A DNA stretch of 64,000 nt from Melioribacteraceae bacterium (GCA_037481715.1 JBBFLD010000009.1:36909-100908); one strand, 5' to 3'. Numbered from the stretch's first letter, positions 38,189-48,043 are shown. Translations and numbers: made by a program. The notes: generated by a model from the letters alone, not told the origin.

Positions 38189-39415
38189 ATGAGCAAACAA
38201 AAAATAGTTGTAGCTTATTCAGGTGGACTCGATACATCAGTCATGGTTCACTGGCTTAAAAAAAATTATGATGCTGAGATAATTACATTTACTGGAAATC
38301 TTGGCCAGTCAAAAGAATTAGAAGGACTTGAAGAAAAAGCTCTTAAGTCAGGAGCTTCTAAAGTATATATTGAAGATTTGACGAAAGAATTTATTGAAGA
38401 ATATGCTTTCCCGGCTTTAAAAGCTGGAGCTCTTTATGAAGGGGCTTATCCAATGGCTACATCACTTGGTAGACCATTATTAGCAAAAGCTCTTGTTGAA
38501 ATTGCAAAGAAAGAAAATGCTACAATGGTTGCGCATGGATGCACAGGTAAAGGAAATGACCAGGTTCGATTTGAAGTTTCTGTTGGTGCTCTTGCCCCGG
38601 ACATTAAATGTATTGCACCTTTAAGAACATGGGAATTTAAATCCAGAGAAGAAGAAATTGATTATGCACTTGCAAATAATATCCCGGTAGCTGCAACAAA
38701 AAGTAATCCATATTCAATTGATGATAATATCTGGGGTACTGCAATTGAATGCGGTGTTCTTGAAGACCCCATGGTTGAACCTCCAGAAGATGCATTTTTA
38801 CATACAGTATCTCCAGAAAATGCTCCTGATGACCCTGAATTGGTTGCTATTGAATTTGAAGCTGGCATTCCAAAAAGCGTTAATGGAAAAGAGCTCGATA
38901 GTGTTTCTCTGGTCAAATTATTAAATGAAATCGGCGGAAGAAATGCTATTGGAAGAATTGATATGATTGAAAATAGATTGGTTGGAATTAAGTCAAGAGA
39001 AGTTTATGAAGCTCCTGCAGCCACAATTCTCCATTTTGCACATAAAGAACTTGAGAGAATTACACTTGAAAAATCTGTAATGCACTATAAAACTTTAATC
39101 TCTCAAGAATATTCTAACTTGATTTACAATGGTCTCTGGTTTACACCATTAAGAGAAGCTCTTCAGGCTTTTATAGATAAAACTCAGGAAAAAGTAACCG
39201 GACTCGTTAAGCTAAAACTTTATAAAGGAACAATAAGAATTTCTGGAAGAACATCTCCTTATTCACTTTATGATCCTGCGCTCGCTACATACACTGTTGA
39301 AGACCAATTTGATCATTCTGCTTCAGAAGGATTTATTAAAATATATGGACTACCATATAAAACTATAAACAGAGTAATGCAAAAAGTAGAAGCAGAAAAT
39401 AAATTATCGGTATAA
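38189..39415 (+). CDS. argG: Argininosuccinate synthase
   Basis: [10 protein letters not shown]-loop-like motif and [13 protein letters not shown]. Confidence 0.95.
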   Translation: MSKQKIVVAYSGGLDTSVMVHWLKKNYDAEIITFTGNLGQSKELEGLEEKALKSGASKVYIEDLTKEFIEEYAFPALKAGALYEGAYPMATSLGRPLLAKALVEIAKKENATMVAHGCTGKGNDQVRFEVSVGALAPDIKCIAPLRTWEFKSREEEIDYALANNIPVAATKSNPYSIDDNIWGTAIECGVLEDPMVEPPEDAFLHTVSPENAPDDPELVAIEFEAGIPKSVNGKELDSVSLVKLLNEIGGRNAIGRIDMIENRLVGIKSREVYEAPAATILHFAHKELERITLEKSVMHYKTLISQEYSNLIYNGLWFTPLREALQAFIDKTQEKVTGLVKLKLYKGTIRISGRTSPYSLYDPALATYTVEDQFDHSASEGFIKIYGLPYKTINRVMQKVEAENKLSV

Positions 39416-39418
39416 TTC

Positions 39419-40786
39419 ATGGCTATCTGGAACAGCAGATTTAAAAAGCAGCTTGCAGAATCGGCATTAAAATTTTCTTCATCTATTGATATTGATGGGA
39501 AATTATTTAATGAAGATATTGATGGAAGTATAGCTCATGTTAAAATGCTCTCAAAGCAAAAAATTATTTCAAAGACTGATGAAAAGAAAATCATAAATGC
39601 ACTTGAAGAGATAAGAAATGAAATTATAAATGGCAAAATAAAACTTGATTGGAGAAAAGAAGATATTCATTCTGCAATCGAAGAAAGATTGGTTGAAAAA
39701 ATTGGAGAGACTGGAAAGCGGCTTCATACAGCAAGAAGCCGCAACGACCAAATAGCTCTTGATGAAAGATTATACATAAGAAAAGAAATTCTTGATTTAG
39801 TAAAGATTATTTTATCTCTTCAGAAAGTATTATTAAAATTAGCTGAAGAACATAAAACCACCATCGTTCCAGGTTATACGCATCTTCAAAGAGCTCAGCC
39901 AATTTTATTTGCACATCATCTGCTTGCATATATCGAAATGTTCCAGAGAGATAAAGAAAGACTAAATGATTTACTTAAAAGAGTAAACAAATCTCCGCTT
40001 GGTGCCGCTGCATTTGCAGGAACTTCAATTAATATAGATAGAAATTTTTCCTCAAAACTTTTGAAAATGAATGGAATTGTTGAAAACAGTATTGATGCTG
40101 TAAGTGACCGCGATTCTTTAATTGAATTTATTTCTGCCTGTTCAATAATAATGATGCATCTGAGCAGATTAAGTGAAGAATTGATTTTGTGGAGTTCTCA
40201 GGAATTTTCGTTTGCATCATTTGACGATGAATATGCAACCGGCAGTAGCCTTATGCCTCAGAAGAAAAATCCAGATTTTGCAGAATTAATTCGTGGGAAA
40301 ACAGGAAGAGTCTATGGCTCGTTAATTGGTTTATTAACAATTATGAAAGCTCTTCCACTTGCTTATAATCGTGACATGCAGGAAGATAAATTTCATCTTT
40401 TTAATGCAGCAGATACTACAAAAGATTGTTTGAAAATTATGTCAGAATTACTTGCTCACACAAGTTTTAATAAAAACAGGTTTGAAGAAGAACTAACAGG
40501 AGATTTATCTTTGGCTACCGACCTTGTTGATTATTTAGTAAAAAAAGATGTTCCATTTAGAAAAGCACATCACATTGTTGGTAAGATTGTTTCAAAATGT
40601 GTTGAAGAAAAGATTAAACTTCATCATCTCTCGTTAAAGGATTATAAAAAAATCTGCCCAAAATTTGAAAATGATATTTACAATCTCTTCAATCCAAAGA
40701 CAAGTATAAATAATAAAAAATCTGAGGGAAGCACTTCGCCAGCAGAAGTTGAGAAACAGATTAAGAAATGGAAAAAAATTTTGTAA
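39419..40786 (+). CDS. argH: Argininosuccinate lyase
   Basis: Fumarate-lyase signature GSSLMPQKKNPD, and also TARSRNDQ. Confidence 0.95.
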   Translation: MAIWNSRFKKQLAESALKFSSSIDIDGKLFNEDIDGSIAHVKMLSKQKIISKTDEKKIINALEEIRNEIINGKIKLDWRKEDIHSAIEERLVEKIGETGKRLHTARSRNDQIALDERLYIRKEILDLVKIILSLQKVLLKLAEEHKTTIVPGYTHLQRAQPILFAHHLLAYIEMFQRDKERLNDLLKRVNKSPLGAAAFAGTSINIDRNFSSKLLKMNGIVENSIDAVSDRDSLIEFISACSIIMMHLSRLSEELILWSSQEFSFASFDDEYATGSSLMPQKKNPDFAELIRGKTGRVYGSLIGLLTIMKALPLAYNRDMQEDKFHLFNAADTTKDCLKIMSELLAHTSFNKNRFEEELTGDLSLATDLVDYLVKKDVPFRKAHHIVGKIVSKCVEEKIKLHHLSLKDYKKICPKFENDIYNLFNPKTSINNKKSEGSTSPAEVEKQIKKWKKIL

Positions 40787-40890
40787 AGTGTCATCTAAAA
40801 GTAAAAATTGCTCTCACGCGAAAAGCAGCAATTCATAATTTTTAATTACGATTATTATTCCATCCAAATATCTTTCATTAAAAAAATAAT

Positions 40891-40924
40891 AAAGCCCTCT
40901 CTTCTAAAAAGAGAGGGCTTTTAA
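40891..40924. terminator. Bidirectional rho-independent terminator between convergent argH and trpB2
   Basis: Perfect 13-bp stem AAAGCCCTCTCTT / AAGAGAGGGCTTT (40891-40903 / 40909-40921) with a 5-nt loop. Flanked by an A-run upstream and a T-run downstream. Confidence 0.85.
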
Positions 40925-40958
40925 GAAATTTGTTAACAAGTTTCCAATAGGTTATACT

Positions 40959-42278
40959 TTATTTATTGTTTCCATTTTCAAGAAGATTATCAAGATATAG
41001 TTCATAGGCTCCCAAATCTAAAAATCCATGACCCGAAAGATTGAATAAAATTGTTTTTGCTTCTCCTGTCTCTTTACATTTTAATGCCTGTTCAATTGCT
41101 TCCTTCACAGCATGTGAACTTTCAGGAGCTGGAACAATTCCTTCGCACTGGGCAAACAATTGAGCCGCTTTAAAAACTTCCTGTTGTTCATAAGCTTTAG
41201 CGCTTATTGCTCCAATGTTATAAAGCAATGAAATAGTTGGAGCCATTCCATGATATCTCAAACCACCAGCATGAATTTTAGGAGGAATAAAATCATGTCC
41301 AAGTGTATACATTTTCAGAAGTGGTGTTAGTCCTGCTTCGTCACCAAAGTCGTAGTCAAATTTTCCTTTTGTAAGAGAAGGGCATGAAGCTGGTTCAACT
41401 GCAATTACTTCAAGATTCTTTTTTGAACCATTTAATTTATCACGCAAAAATGGAAAAGCTATGCCGGCAAAATTACTTCCACCTCCAACACATCCAATAA
41501 CAATATCAGGATATTCATCAATCATTTCCATTTGAATACGAGCTTCTTCGCCAATTATTGTTTGATGCAATAAAACATGATTCAAAACACTGCCAAGACT
41601 GTAATTAGTATCATCTCTTTGAACAGCAACTTCAATTGCTTCGCTTATTGCAATACCGAGTGAACCCGGTGAATCGGGATCTTTTTCCAGGACTTTTCTT
41701 CCTGCATTTGTTAAATCTGTAGGACTTGCATGTACAGTTGCACCAAATAATCTCATAAAAGTTTTTCGATATGGTTTTTGATTGTAACTCACTTTAACCA
41801 TAAACACTTCACATTCTAACCCAAAATGTTTACAAGCCATTGCGAGTGCACTACCCCATTGTCCTGCTCCAGTTTCAGTTACAAGTTTTTTGATACCTGC
41901 TTTTTTATTATAATATGCCTGTGCATAAGAAGTATTTGTTTTGTGACTTCCAGTAGGATTGGACCCTTCATACTTGAAATAAATTTTTGCAGGTGTTTGA
42001 AGTTCGTTTTCTAAATTTGCTGCTCTTATCAATGGCGTTGGACGACTTAATCGGTATAAATCGCGCACTTCGTCTGGTATTTCAATAAATCTTTCCTGTG
42101 AAACTTCCTGCATGATTAAATCCATTGGGAAAATTGCAGCAAGCTCCTGTGGTGTTGCGGGTTGCTTTGTTAAAGGATTTAATGGTGGGTCTAATGGAAC
42201 AGGCAAATCTGCTAAAATATTGTAGTAATGAGTTGGCATTCTGGATTGCTCAAGAAATACAATTTTGTTCTCTGACAT
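40959..42278 (-). CDS. trpB: Tryptophan synthase beta-subunit-like protein, TrpB2 type
   Basis: 439 aa with the TrpB2-type N-terminal extension ([12 protein letters not shown]...). PLP-lysine motif [12 protein letters not shown], plus [13 protein letters not shown] and [23 protein letters not shown]. No other trp genes are nearby. Confidence 0.9.
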   Translation of the reverse strand: MSENKIVFLEQSRMPTHYYNILADLPVPLDPPLNPLTKQPATPQELAAIFPMDLIMQEVSQERFIEIPDEVRDLYRLSRPTPLIRAANLENELQTPAKIYFKYEGSNPTGSHKTNTSYAQAYYNKKAGIKKLVTETGAGQWGSALAMACKHFGLECEVFMVKVSYNQKPYRKTFMRLFGATVHASPTDLTNAGRKVLEKDPDSPGSLGIAISEAIEVAVQRDDTNYSLGSVLNHVLLHQTIIGEEARIQMEMIDEYPDIVIGCVGGGSNFAGIAFPFLRDKLNGSKKNLEVIAVEPASCPSLTKGKFDYDFGDEAGLTPLLKMYTLGHDFIPPKIHAGGLRYHGMAPTISLLYNIGAISAKAYEQQEVFKAAQLFAQCEGIVPAPESSHAVKEAIEQALKCKETGEAKTILFNLSGHGFLDLGAYELYLDNLLENGNNK

Positions 42279-42332
42279 TTTTAACCTCCATATTTGTTTT
42301 GAACCTGTCTTATTGCTGTAAAAATTTTAAAA

Positions 42333-42368
42333 CAAAAAAGCCGTGAACGGTTCTACCATCCACGGCTT
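42333..42368 (-). terminator. Attenuator terminator in the trpB2 leader
   Basis: Minus-strand RNA AGCCGUGGAUGGU-AGA-ACCGUUCACGGCU, a 13-bp stem with two G-U wobbles that would be mismatches on the plus strand. Followed by U6. Lies 55 nt upstream of the trpB2 ATG. Confidence 0.65.
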
Positions 42369-42390
42369 TTTTATTAGAATATTTAAAGTC

Positions 42391-42459
42391 CTAGGACGGT
42401 AGAGAAGATATTCTCCACCACCACCAATTATTTTCAATATTTATATTCTTGAATTTCAT
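42391..42459 (-). CDS. Trp-rich leader peptide (22 aa: MKFKNINIENNWWWWRISSLPS)
   Basis: ATG at 42459. Four consecutive UGG codons at 42415-42426. UAG stop at 42391-42393. The Trp codons lie in the 5' arm of a hairpin, and that hairpin's 3' arm can instead pair with the terminator's 5' arm. Confidence 0.65.
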   Translation of the reverse strand: MKFKNINIENNWWWWRISSLPS

Positions 42460-42465
42460 TGTTCA

Positions 42466-42494
42466 AAAGTAATTTTTGAATTGTGTTTTGTCAA
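42466..42494 (-). promoter_or_regulatory. Putative promoter for the trp leader/trpB2 transcript
   Basis: On the minus strand: TTGACA (42489-42494), a 17-nt spacer, then TACTTT (42466-42471). The leader ATG is only 6 nt downstream of the -10 element and has no SD, so the leader peptide mRNA may be leaderless. Confidence 0.35.
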
Positions 42495-42583
42495 GAAAAA
42501 ATTTTTTAGAAGAATTTATTTTATTCCTACTTTATGAAATCTAATTAGAATAATATTCGTATTTTGTTTTCATAAATATAATC

Positions 42584-42620
42584 TTGATATTGAATAAATC
42601 TAAATATTAGATTATATCAA
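42584..42620 (+). promoter_or_regulatory. Interrupted inverted repeat upstream of the methyltransferase gene
   Basis: TTGATAT(tgaata)AATCTAA-ata-TTAGATTATATCAA. The right arm is the exact reverse complement of the two left half-sites. Lies 50-85 nt upstream of the M gene ATG. Confidence 0.3.
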
Positions 42621-42669
42621 TGAAAATTCAGCTTATTAAATTTTATAGGTGATTCTAAATTAATATAAA

Positions 42670-43968
42670 ATGATTAAGCCTAACACAAAAATAGTGGATG
42701 AAATAGAAATCAATTTAGATAGAAAACTAAAAATAGTTGATGAAAGCTGGGACTTTAAGAAAGCAAACACAAAAGAATATACTCACTGCTTTCATGCCTA
42801 TCCTGCTATGATGATTCCTCAAGTTGCAAGACGGCTCATAGAAAATTTTGGTAAAAATGCTAAAATCTTATTTGACCCTTACTGCGGAACTGGAACTTCT
42901 TTAGTTGAAGCAAATATTTTTGGCATTAATGCAATTGGCACAGATATTAATCCATTAGCAAGATTAATTGCAAAAGCAAAAACTACTGTCCTTAATATGA
43001 ATGAGCTGGATTTTTTTATCAATGATTTCATTGACTATGTTTTTTCTTTGAACTTTGGTGCAGAAAATGTTAAATCAATAATTATCCCTCAAGTTAAAAA
43101 TATTGATTATTGGTTTTCGAAAAATGTTCAAAAAAAATTAGGAATAGTTCTTGGGTATATTGAGAGCATTGTTGATATAAATATTAAAAACTTTTTTAAA
43201 GTTGCTTTTAGCGAAACAGTTCGAGAAACTTCATTTGTTAAACAAGGAGAATTTAAGTTAGTAAAAGACAAAAATCTAAAAGAAAAAGAGGACAAGGATG
43301 TTTTTGGGATAATGATTTCAAAACTTGCAAGAAATAGAACAGGTCTTTTAGAATTTATAAATGCTCATAAAAATAACTCATTTACTTATATATATGATTT
43401 TAATACAGTTTATAAAATTCCGGAAGATTTGATTCAATCTAACAGTATTGATATTGTTGTTACATCCCCTCCGTATGGAGATTCACGAACTACGGTTGCA
43501 TATGGACAATACTCTCGTTTTGCAAATGAATGGCTTGGTTTCAAAGAAGCAAATCAAGTTGATAAAATGTTAATGGGCGGAGAGAAAAGAAAACATTCTC
43601 ACATTTTCAAAAGCGAAATATTAAATGATGTTATTAATGCAATTCAAAACAAAGATAAAGAGCGAGCAAGGGATGTTATTTCTTTTTATGAAGATTATGA
43701 AAAATCAATTATGAATGTTTCAACTACAATAAAACGCGGTGGATTTGTTTGTTATGTTGTAGGAAATAGAACAGTAAAAGGAATTAATATTCCTACAGAT
43801 GAAATAACTGCAGAATTATTTGAATCAAATGGTTTTGATCATATTGAAACGATTGTAAGAAATATCCCAAACAAAAGAATGCCGCTAAAAAATAGCCCTA
43901 CGAATGTGGCGGGTGAAACATCAAATACAATGAAAAATGAATATATAGTAATCTGCCGGAAAAATTAA
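42670..43968 (+). CDS. DNA methyltransferase (SPPY type, probably N4-cytosine or N6-adenine)
   Basis: SAM-binding motif I FDPYCGTGTSLVEA (about aa 69) and catalytic motif IV VVTSPPYGD (about aa 265), separated by a region of about 190 aa. Followed 1 nt later by a nuclease gene. Confidence 0.8.
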   Translation: MIKPNTKIVDEIEINLDRKLKIVDESWDFKKANTKEYTHCFHAYPAMMIPQVARRLIENFGKNAKILFDPYCGTGTSLVEANIFGINAIGTDINPLARLIAKAKTTVLNMNELDFFINDFIDYVFSLNFGAENVKSIIIPQVKNIDYWFSKNVQKKLGIVLGYIESIVDINIKNFFKVAFSETVRETSFVKQGEFKLVKDKNLKEKEDKDVFGIMISKLARNRTGLLEFINAHKNNSFTYIYDFNTVYKIPEDLIQSNSIDIVVTSPPYGDSRTTVAYGQYSRFANEWLGFKEANQVDKMLMGGEKRKHSHIFKSEILNDVINAIQNKDKERARDVISFYEDYEKSIMNVSTTIKRGGFVCYVVGNRTVKGINIPTDEITAELFESNGFDHIETIVRNIPNKRMPLKNSPTNVAGETSNTMKNEYIVICRKN

Positions 43969-43969
43969 T

Positions 43970-44671
43970 ATGCAGATAAAAGAGTTAATAACACGCTTGG
44001 AAAATTTAAAAGAAAAAGGATTCATAAAAACTTTGAGAAAAGGGCCTACAGGAATAGGTCATCTTCTAGAAAATGAGCTTGGACTTTTAGAAACAAATAT
44101 TGCTATTCCAGATATCGGTGGTAGAGTAGAATTAAAAGCTACAAGGAAAAATGCAAATTCTTTGATTACTTTATTTACATTTAATAGGGGTGTATGGAAA
44201 ATTAAACAAAAGGATTTGATAAATAAGTATGGATATAAAGATGAACAAAATAGACAAGCACTTTACAATATTGTAAATGTTAAAACACCAAATACTCAAG
44301 GCTTTTACTTATCTTTAGATAAAGAAAAGAATTTAATTATATTGAAAAATATTAATGAAATAGAAAACATTGCCGAATGGAGTACATATGTAATTGCTGG
44401 AAAGTTCATGACAAAACTTGATAGACTATTATTAATTATAGCAGATAACAAATTTGAAAATGATATAGAGTACTTTCACTTTAATGAGGCGTACCTGCTT
44501 GAACATCCCACACCAGAAAAATTTTTAGATGCCTTTGAAAAAAATGAATTAATGATTGATTTAAGAATGCATATTAAAGAATCAGGCGGAGTTCGAAATC
44601 ATGGTACTGGCTTTAGAATTTCAGAAAGAAATCTGGTTAATTTATATTCGAAGAAAAGAAGGCTGTTATAA
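43970..44671 (+). CDS. Type II restriction endonuclease, MutH/Sau3AI/MvaI-BcnI-like
   Basis: 233 aa. GPTGIGHLLENELGL...PDIGGRVELKATR matches the GxxGxxxExxLG ... D-x5-E-x-K pattern of the MutH/MvaI/BcnI fold. Size is similar to BcnI and MvaI. Paired with an SPPY methyltransferase, as in those systems. Confidence 0.6.
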   Translation: MQIKELITRLENLKEKGFIKTLRKGPTGIGHLLENELGLLETNIAIPDIGGRVELKATRKNANSLITLFTFNRGVWKIKQKDLINKYGYKDEQNRQALYNIVNVKTPNTQGFYLSLDKEKNLIILKNINEIENIAEWSTYVIAGKFMTKLDRLLLIIADNKFENDIEYFHFNEAYLLEHPTPEKFLDAFEKNELMIDLRMHIKESGGVRNHGTGFRISERNLVNLYSKKRRLL

Positions 44672-44803
44672 AATTTATCATTTGAAGGGGCTTTAAGCCT
44701 TATTAAACCATTTTGAATGTCTTTTAACGCTGCTTTTGTATGGTTTCTTACTTTTTAATTTTAATCTATGGAATCATCTTTTAAAAAATTTTGCTTGACA
44801 AAA

Positions 44804-44823
44804 AAAATAACTTAAGTTATTTT
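44804..44823. promoter_or_regulatory. Perfect 20-bp palindrome (candidate operator) upstream of the TonB-dependent transporter gene
   Basis: AAAATAACTTAAGTTATTTT. It sits immediately downstream of a TTGACA hexamer (44795-44800), about 105 nt upstream of the ATG at 44930. Confidence 0.3.
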
Positions 44824-44929
44824 GAAACGTTCTTATTAGTTCAATACCGTTCAATTACTTTATGAATACATTCATTTTAGTTTTATTTAATTTTAGAATG
44901 TAAATAATTATTATTATAAGGGGGTTACC

Positions 44930-47900
44930 ATGCAAAAAAGAGTTTACATTTTTTTTCTCTTTCTAATAATGGCTCTTCCATTAAAAATAATTCTTGCACA
45001 GGGAAGCGGAAGTATTAGTGGAAGAGTTGTTGATAAAGGTACTGGTGAACCGTTAATTGGTGCAAATGTATTGATACTTAATACAAGCCTTGGGGCAGCA
45101 ACAGATTATGATGGCAAATTTACAATTCATCATATACCTGTAGGAAAAAGAACATTACAGATTTCATACATTGGCTATGAAACAAGTAAATTAGAAATTG
45201 ATGTAACTACCAAACACCTTTTTTTAGGTGATATTCAACTTACACCCACAACATTCGAATTTGAAATTGAAGTTACAGCTCAAGCTAAAGGTCAACGAGA
45301 AGCTATCAATCAGCAATTGACTTCTAACACTATAAAAAATGTTGTTTCTGCAGAAAGAATTCGTGAACTGCCGGATGAAAGTGCCGCTGCAGCTTTGAGC
45401 AGATTGCCGGGAATTTCATTACAACAGGGAGATAAAATTGTCGTAAGAGGTATTCAAGCAAAACAAAATGTAGTACTTTTGAATGGGGTACAATTACCAT
45501 CAACTGATATGCAAGACCGTTCAGTAAATCTTGGATTTATTTCTTCAAATATGTTATCCGGTATTGAAGTAATTAAAGTTCTTACACCAGATATGGATGC
45601 TAATGCTTTAGGTGGTGTTGTGAACTTGAGAATAATGGAAGCTCCAAAAGGTTTTCATTATGATATTCTAACTCGTGGTGTTTATAATAGTCAGGATAGA
45701 ACAACAGACAATTATAGATTCTGGGCGAGTGTTAGCAATAGATTTTTTAATGATAAACTTGGAGTATTTGCTCAGGCATTCTTAGACAGAACAAATGGCG
45801 GTAGTGATTTTACAAGTGGCGGCTTTACTATACTTAATGATAAAGTTCCATTTGGAGAAGCAGCTTATAAAATGGATTCGTTTACTTTTACTGATCAGGA
45901 ACATATAGTAATGAATGGTGGAGGTAGTGTTATTCTTGATTATTTATTTCCTCAGGGTAAAATAATATTACAAAATTCACTATCACGTAATATAAATGAT
46001 TTGGCAGACTATAGGACAGTATTGAATTTTAGTCAAACTCTTGCTACTTACTCATTATTCAGAGATAAAAACAATAGAGATTTATTAGTTAACGCATTTT
46101 TAACAGAATACAATTTTGGCAAATTAAAAGCTGAATTAAATTTATCCCATTCATTCACTCAAAAAAAGACCGATTTGCGTTATGGGGATCCGGGACAAAA
46201 TTTTGGATTTGATGATAATTATCCTTTCGGTATTATTGGATATACAAGTAATGGTAACCCAATAGCAAGAACTTATACAGCGCAGAGTGCTTCATTTACC
46301 CCCGAAGATGTTTATAAAATAGCTATTGACGATTCATCAATTTATAGAGCAAAAATGGCTGGTTGGGCTGTGATGCGCTGGGAAGCTTTTAAGCAAAATT
46401 TGTATACAGCTAAACTTGATTTTACTTTGCCCGTTTCTTTAACGAATTATATCAATGCAGAATTCAAAGCAGGAGCTAAATTTGATCGTTCTGTAAGAAA
46501 AAATGATGTTGAAGGTGCTTATCATAGAGTTGGTGATAATGATATGTATATTGGAGCACAAGGTTTAATTCCACGACCAGCAAATAGACCCCTTAGTCCA
46601 ACATATCCATTGATGTTAAATGAAATTATGAATTGGGATTATGGAAAAAATCGTGGAAAGTACTTCCTTGATGGTGATTACCCCATTAATAATGTAGTTG
46701 ATAAGGGCTTGATGGATGTATTTTTGCCAAAAGCTAGAAGTGGATGGGGATTGTCAAGACATGTAGCAAATTCGGAAAGAGACGATTTTAATGGGACAGA
46801 AACTTTTACTGCAGGATATTTAATGAGTACATTAAAGATTGGTCCTCAGTTAACATTAATTGGAGGCATTCGTTACGAAAAATATGACATGAATTATAAA
46901 GCAACATTTGTTTATGTAACTCACTCTGTAGATGGTGTATCACTTCTTTTTGATACCCTGAATACAGTAAAAAGGTCAGATATAAATTGGTTCCCAAATA
47001 TTCATTTGCAGTATAAAATAACTGATTGGGCAGATATTAGACTTGCTTATTCAAAAGCAATATCCCGTCCTGATTATCAGGCAATTATGCCTAATATTTA
47101 CTATGCACCTAATGAACAAACAGTTTTTGGTAATCCTTACTTAAAACCCACTGTAATAAACAACTATGATGCTGCAATCTATCTTTATAGTAATAAAATT
47201 GGCCTGTTTACACTATCAGGCTTTTATAAAAAGATGAAAGATGTATTCTACCAATCAAGAATTTATTATCAAAATCTAAAGTACTTTAATGCTAATTTTA
47301 TTGATTCAGCTGCATTTCGCGCTGTGAGTATTAAAGATTTACCCGAGCCATCTGAGTTAATAACAGTTTACTTGAATAATCCAAATCCAGGTTATGTAAG
47401 AGGATTTGAAGTTGAATGGCAGTCAAACTTCTGGTATTTACCAAAACCCTTTAATTCAATTGTTCTCGGCATAAATTACACCAGAACATGGTCCAGCATG
47501 GAATACTTAAGAATTGAAAATACTGATTCAACATATAAACAAGGAATATTTACCAGACACAAATATAAAACAGAAGTGAAGACATATAAAAGTAGATTAT
47601 TATATCAAGGAGATCATATTCTAAATTTAACATTAGGCTTTGATTATAAAGGTTTTTCCGGAAGAATTTCATATAATTTGCAGGATGCGGTAACATCCTC
47701 AATTGGAACACGTCCAGAGGAAGATGCTAAAACAGGAAAAATTCCAAGATGGGATATTTCACTTAAGCAGCGTCTGCCAATTGAAGGGCTGAGCATATCA
47801 TTTAATGGAGTTAATTTATTCCGCAGTGCAGTTAAATCATATCGCACATTTAAGAGACCAAACCAAACAGAAGCTGTTTCAAATCTGATAACAACTTCAT

Positions 47901-47944
47901 ATTCTCCATCATTTTATGAATTGTTATTACGATATGAGTTTTAA
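44930..47944 (+). CDS. TonB-dependent outer-membrane transporter with an N-terminal carboxypeptidase-regulatory-like domain
   Basis: Signal peptide and a CarbopepD_reg-like domain (ISGRVVDKGTGEPLIGANVLI...IGYE). Plug region (VVSAERIRELPD..., VRGIQ). Long beta-barrel ending in an aromatic residue (..LLRYEF). Confidence 0.9.
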   Translation: MQKRVYIFFLFLIMALPLKIILAQGSGSISGRVVDKGTGEPLIGANVLILNTSLGAATDYDGKFTIHHIPVGKRTLQISYIGYETSKLEIDVTTKHLFLGDIQLTPTTFEFEIEVTAQAKGQREAINQQLTSNTIKNVVSAERIRELPDESAAAALSRLPGISLQQGDKIVVRGIQAKQNVVLLNGVQLPSTDMQDRSVNLGFISSNMLSGIEVIKVLTPDMDANALGGVVNLRIMEAPKGFHYDILTRGVYNSQDRTTDNYRFWASVSNRFFNDKLGVFAQAFLDRTNGGSDFTSGGFTILNDKVPFGEAAYKMDSFTFTDQEHIVMNGGGSVILDYLFPQGKIILQNSLSRNINDLADYRTVLNFSQTLATYSLFRDKNNRDLLVNAFLTEYNFGKLKAELNLSHSFTQKKTDLRYGDPGQNFGFDDNYPFGIIGYTSNGNPIARTYTAQSASFTPEDVYKIAIDDSSIYRAKMAGWAVMRWEAFKQNLYTAKLDFTLPVSLTNYINAEFKAGAKFDRSVRKNDVEGAYHRVGDNDMYIGAQGLIPRPANRPLSPTYPLMLNEIMNWDYGKNRGKYFLDGDYPINNVVDKGLMDVFLPKARSGWGLSRHVANSERDDFNGTETFTAGYLMSTLKIGPQLTLIGGIRYEKYDMNYKATFVYVTHSVDGVSLLFDTLNTVKRSDINWFPNIHLQYKITDWADIRLAYSKAISRPDYQAIMPNIYYAPNEQTVFGNPYLKPTVINNYDAAIYLYSNKIGLFTLSGFYKKMKDVFYQSRIYYQNLKYFNANFIDSAAFRAVSIKDLPEPSELITVYLNNPNPGYVRGFEVEWQSNFWYLPKPFNSIVLGINYTRTWSSMEYLRIENTDSTYKQGIFTRHKYKTEVKTYKSRLLYQGDHILNLTLGFDYKGFSGRISYNLQDAVTSSIGTRPEEDAKTGKIPRWDISLKQRLPIEGLSISFNGVNLFRSAVKSYRTFKRPNQTEAVSNLITTSYSPSFYELLLRYEF

Positions 47945-48043
47945 CTTTCTAATTAAAAAAAGGAGGTATTGCTTATGAATTAAAAAATTTTTCAAAACTA
48001 AACAACATATTAACAGTAATAACAAATTAAACAGGAGGTAACC

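Noticed and set aside
42279-44929. The R-M genes as part of a mobile genetic island
   Set aside because: No integrase, transposase, tRNA target or flanking direct repeats are visible. Composition is not clearly different from the neighbouring genes. Horizontal origin remains possible but cannot be supported from this window.
47961-47983. AGGAGG followed by a two-codon mini-ORF (ATG AAT TAA) between the transporter and the beta-helix gene
   Set aside because: It is too short to evaluate, and the real RBS/ATG for the downstream gene is at 48031-48046. It is most likely coincidental, and no structure links it to regulation.
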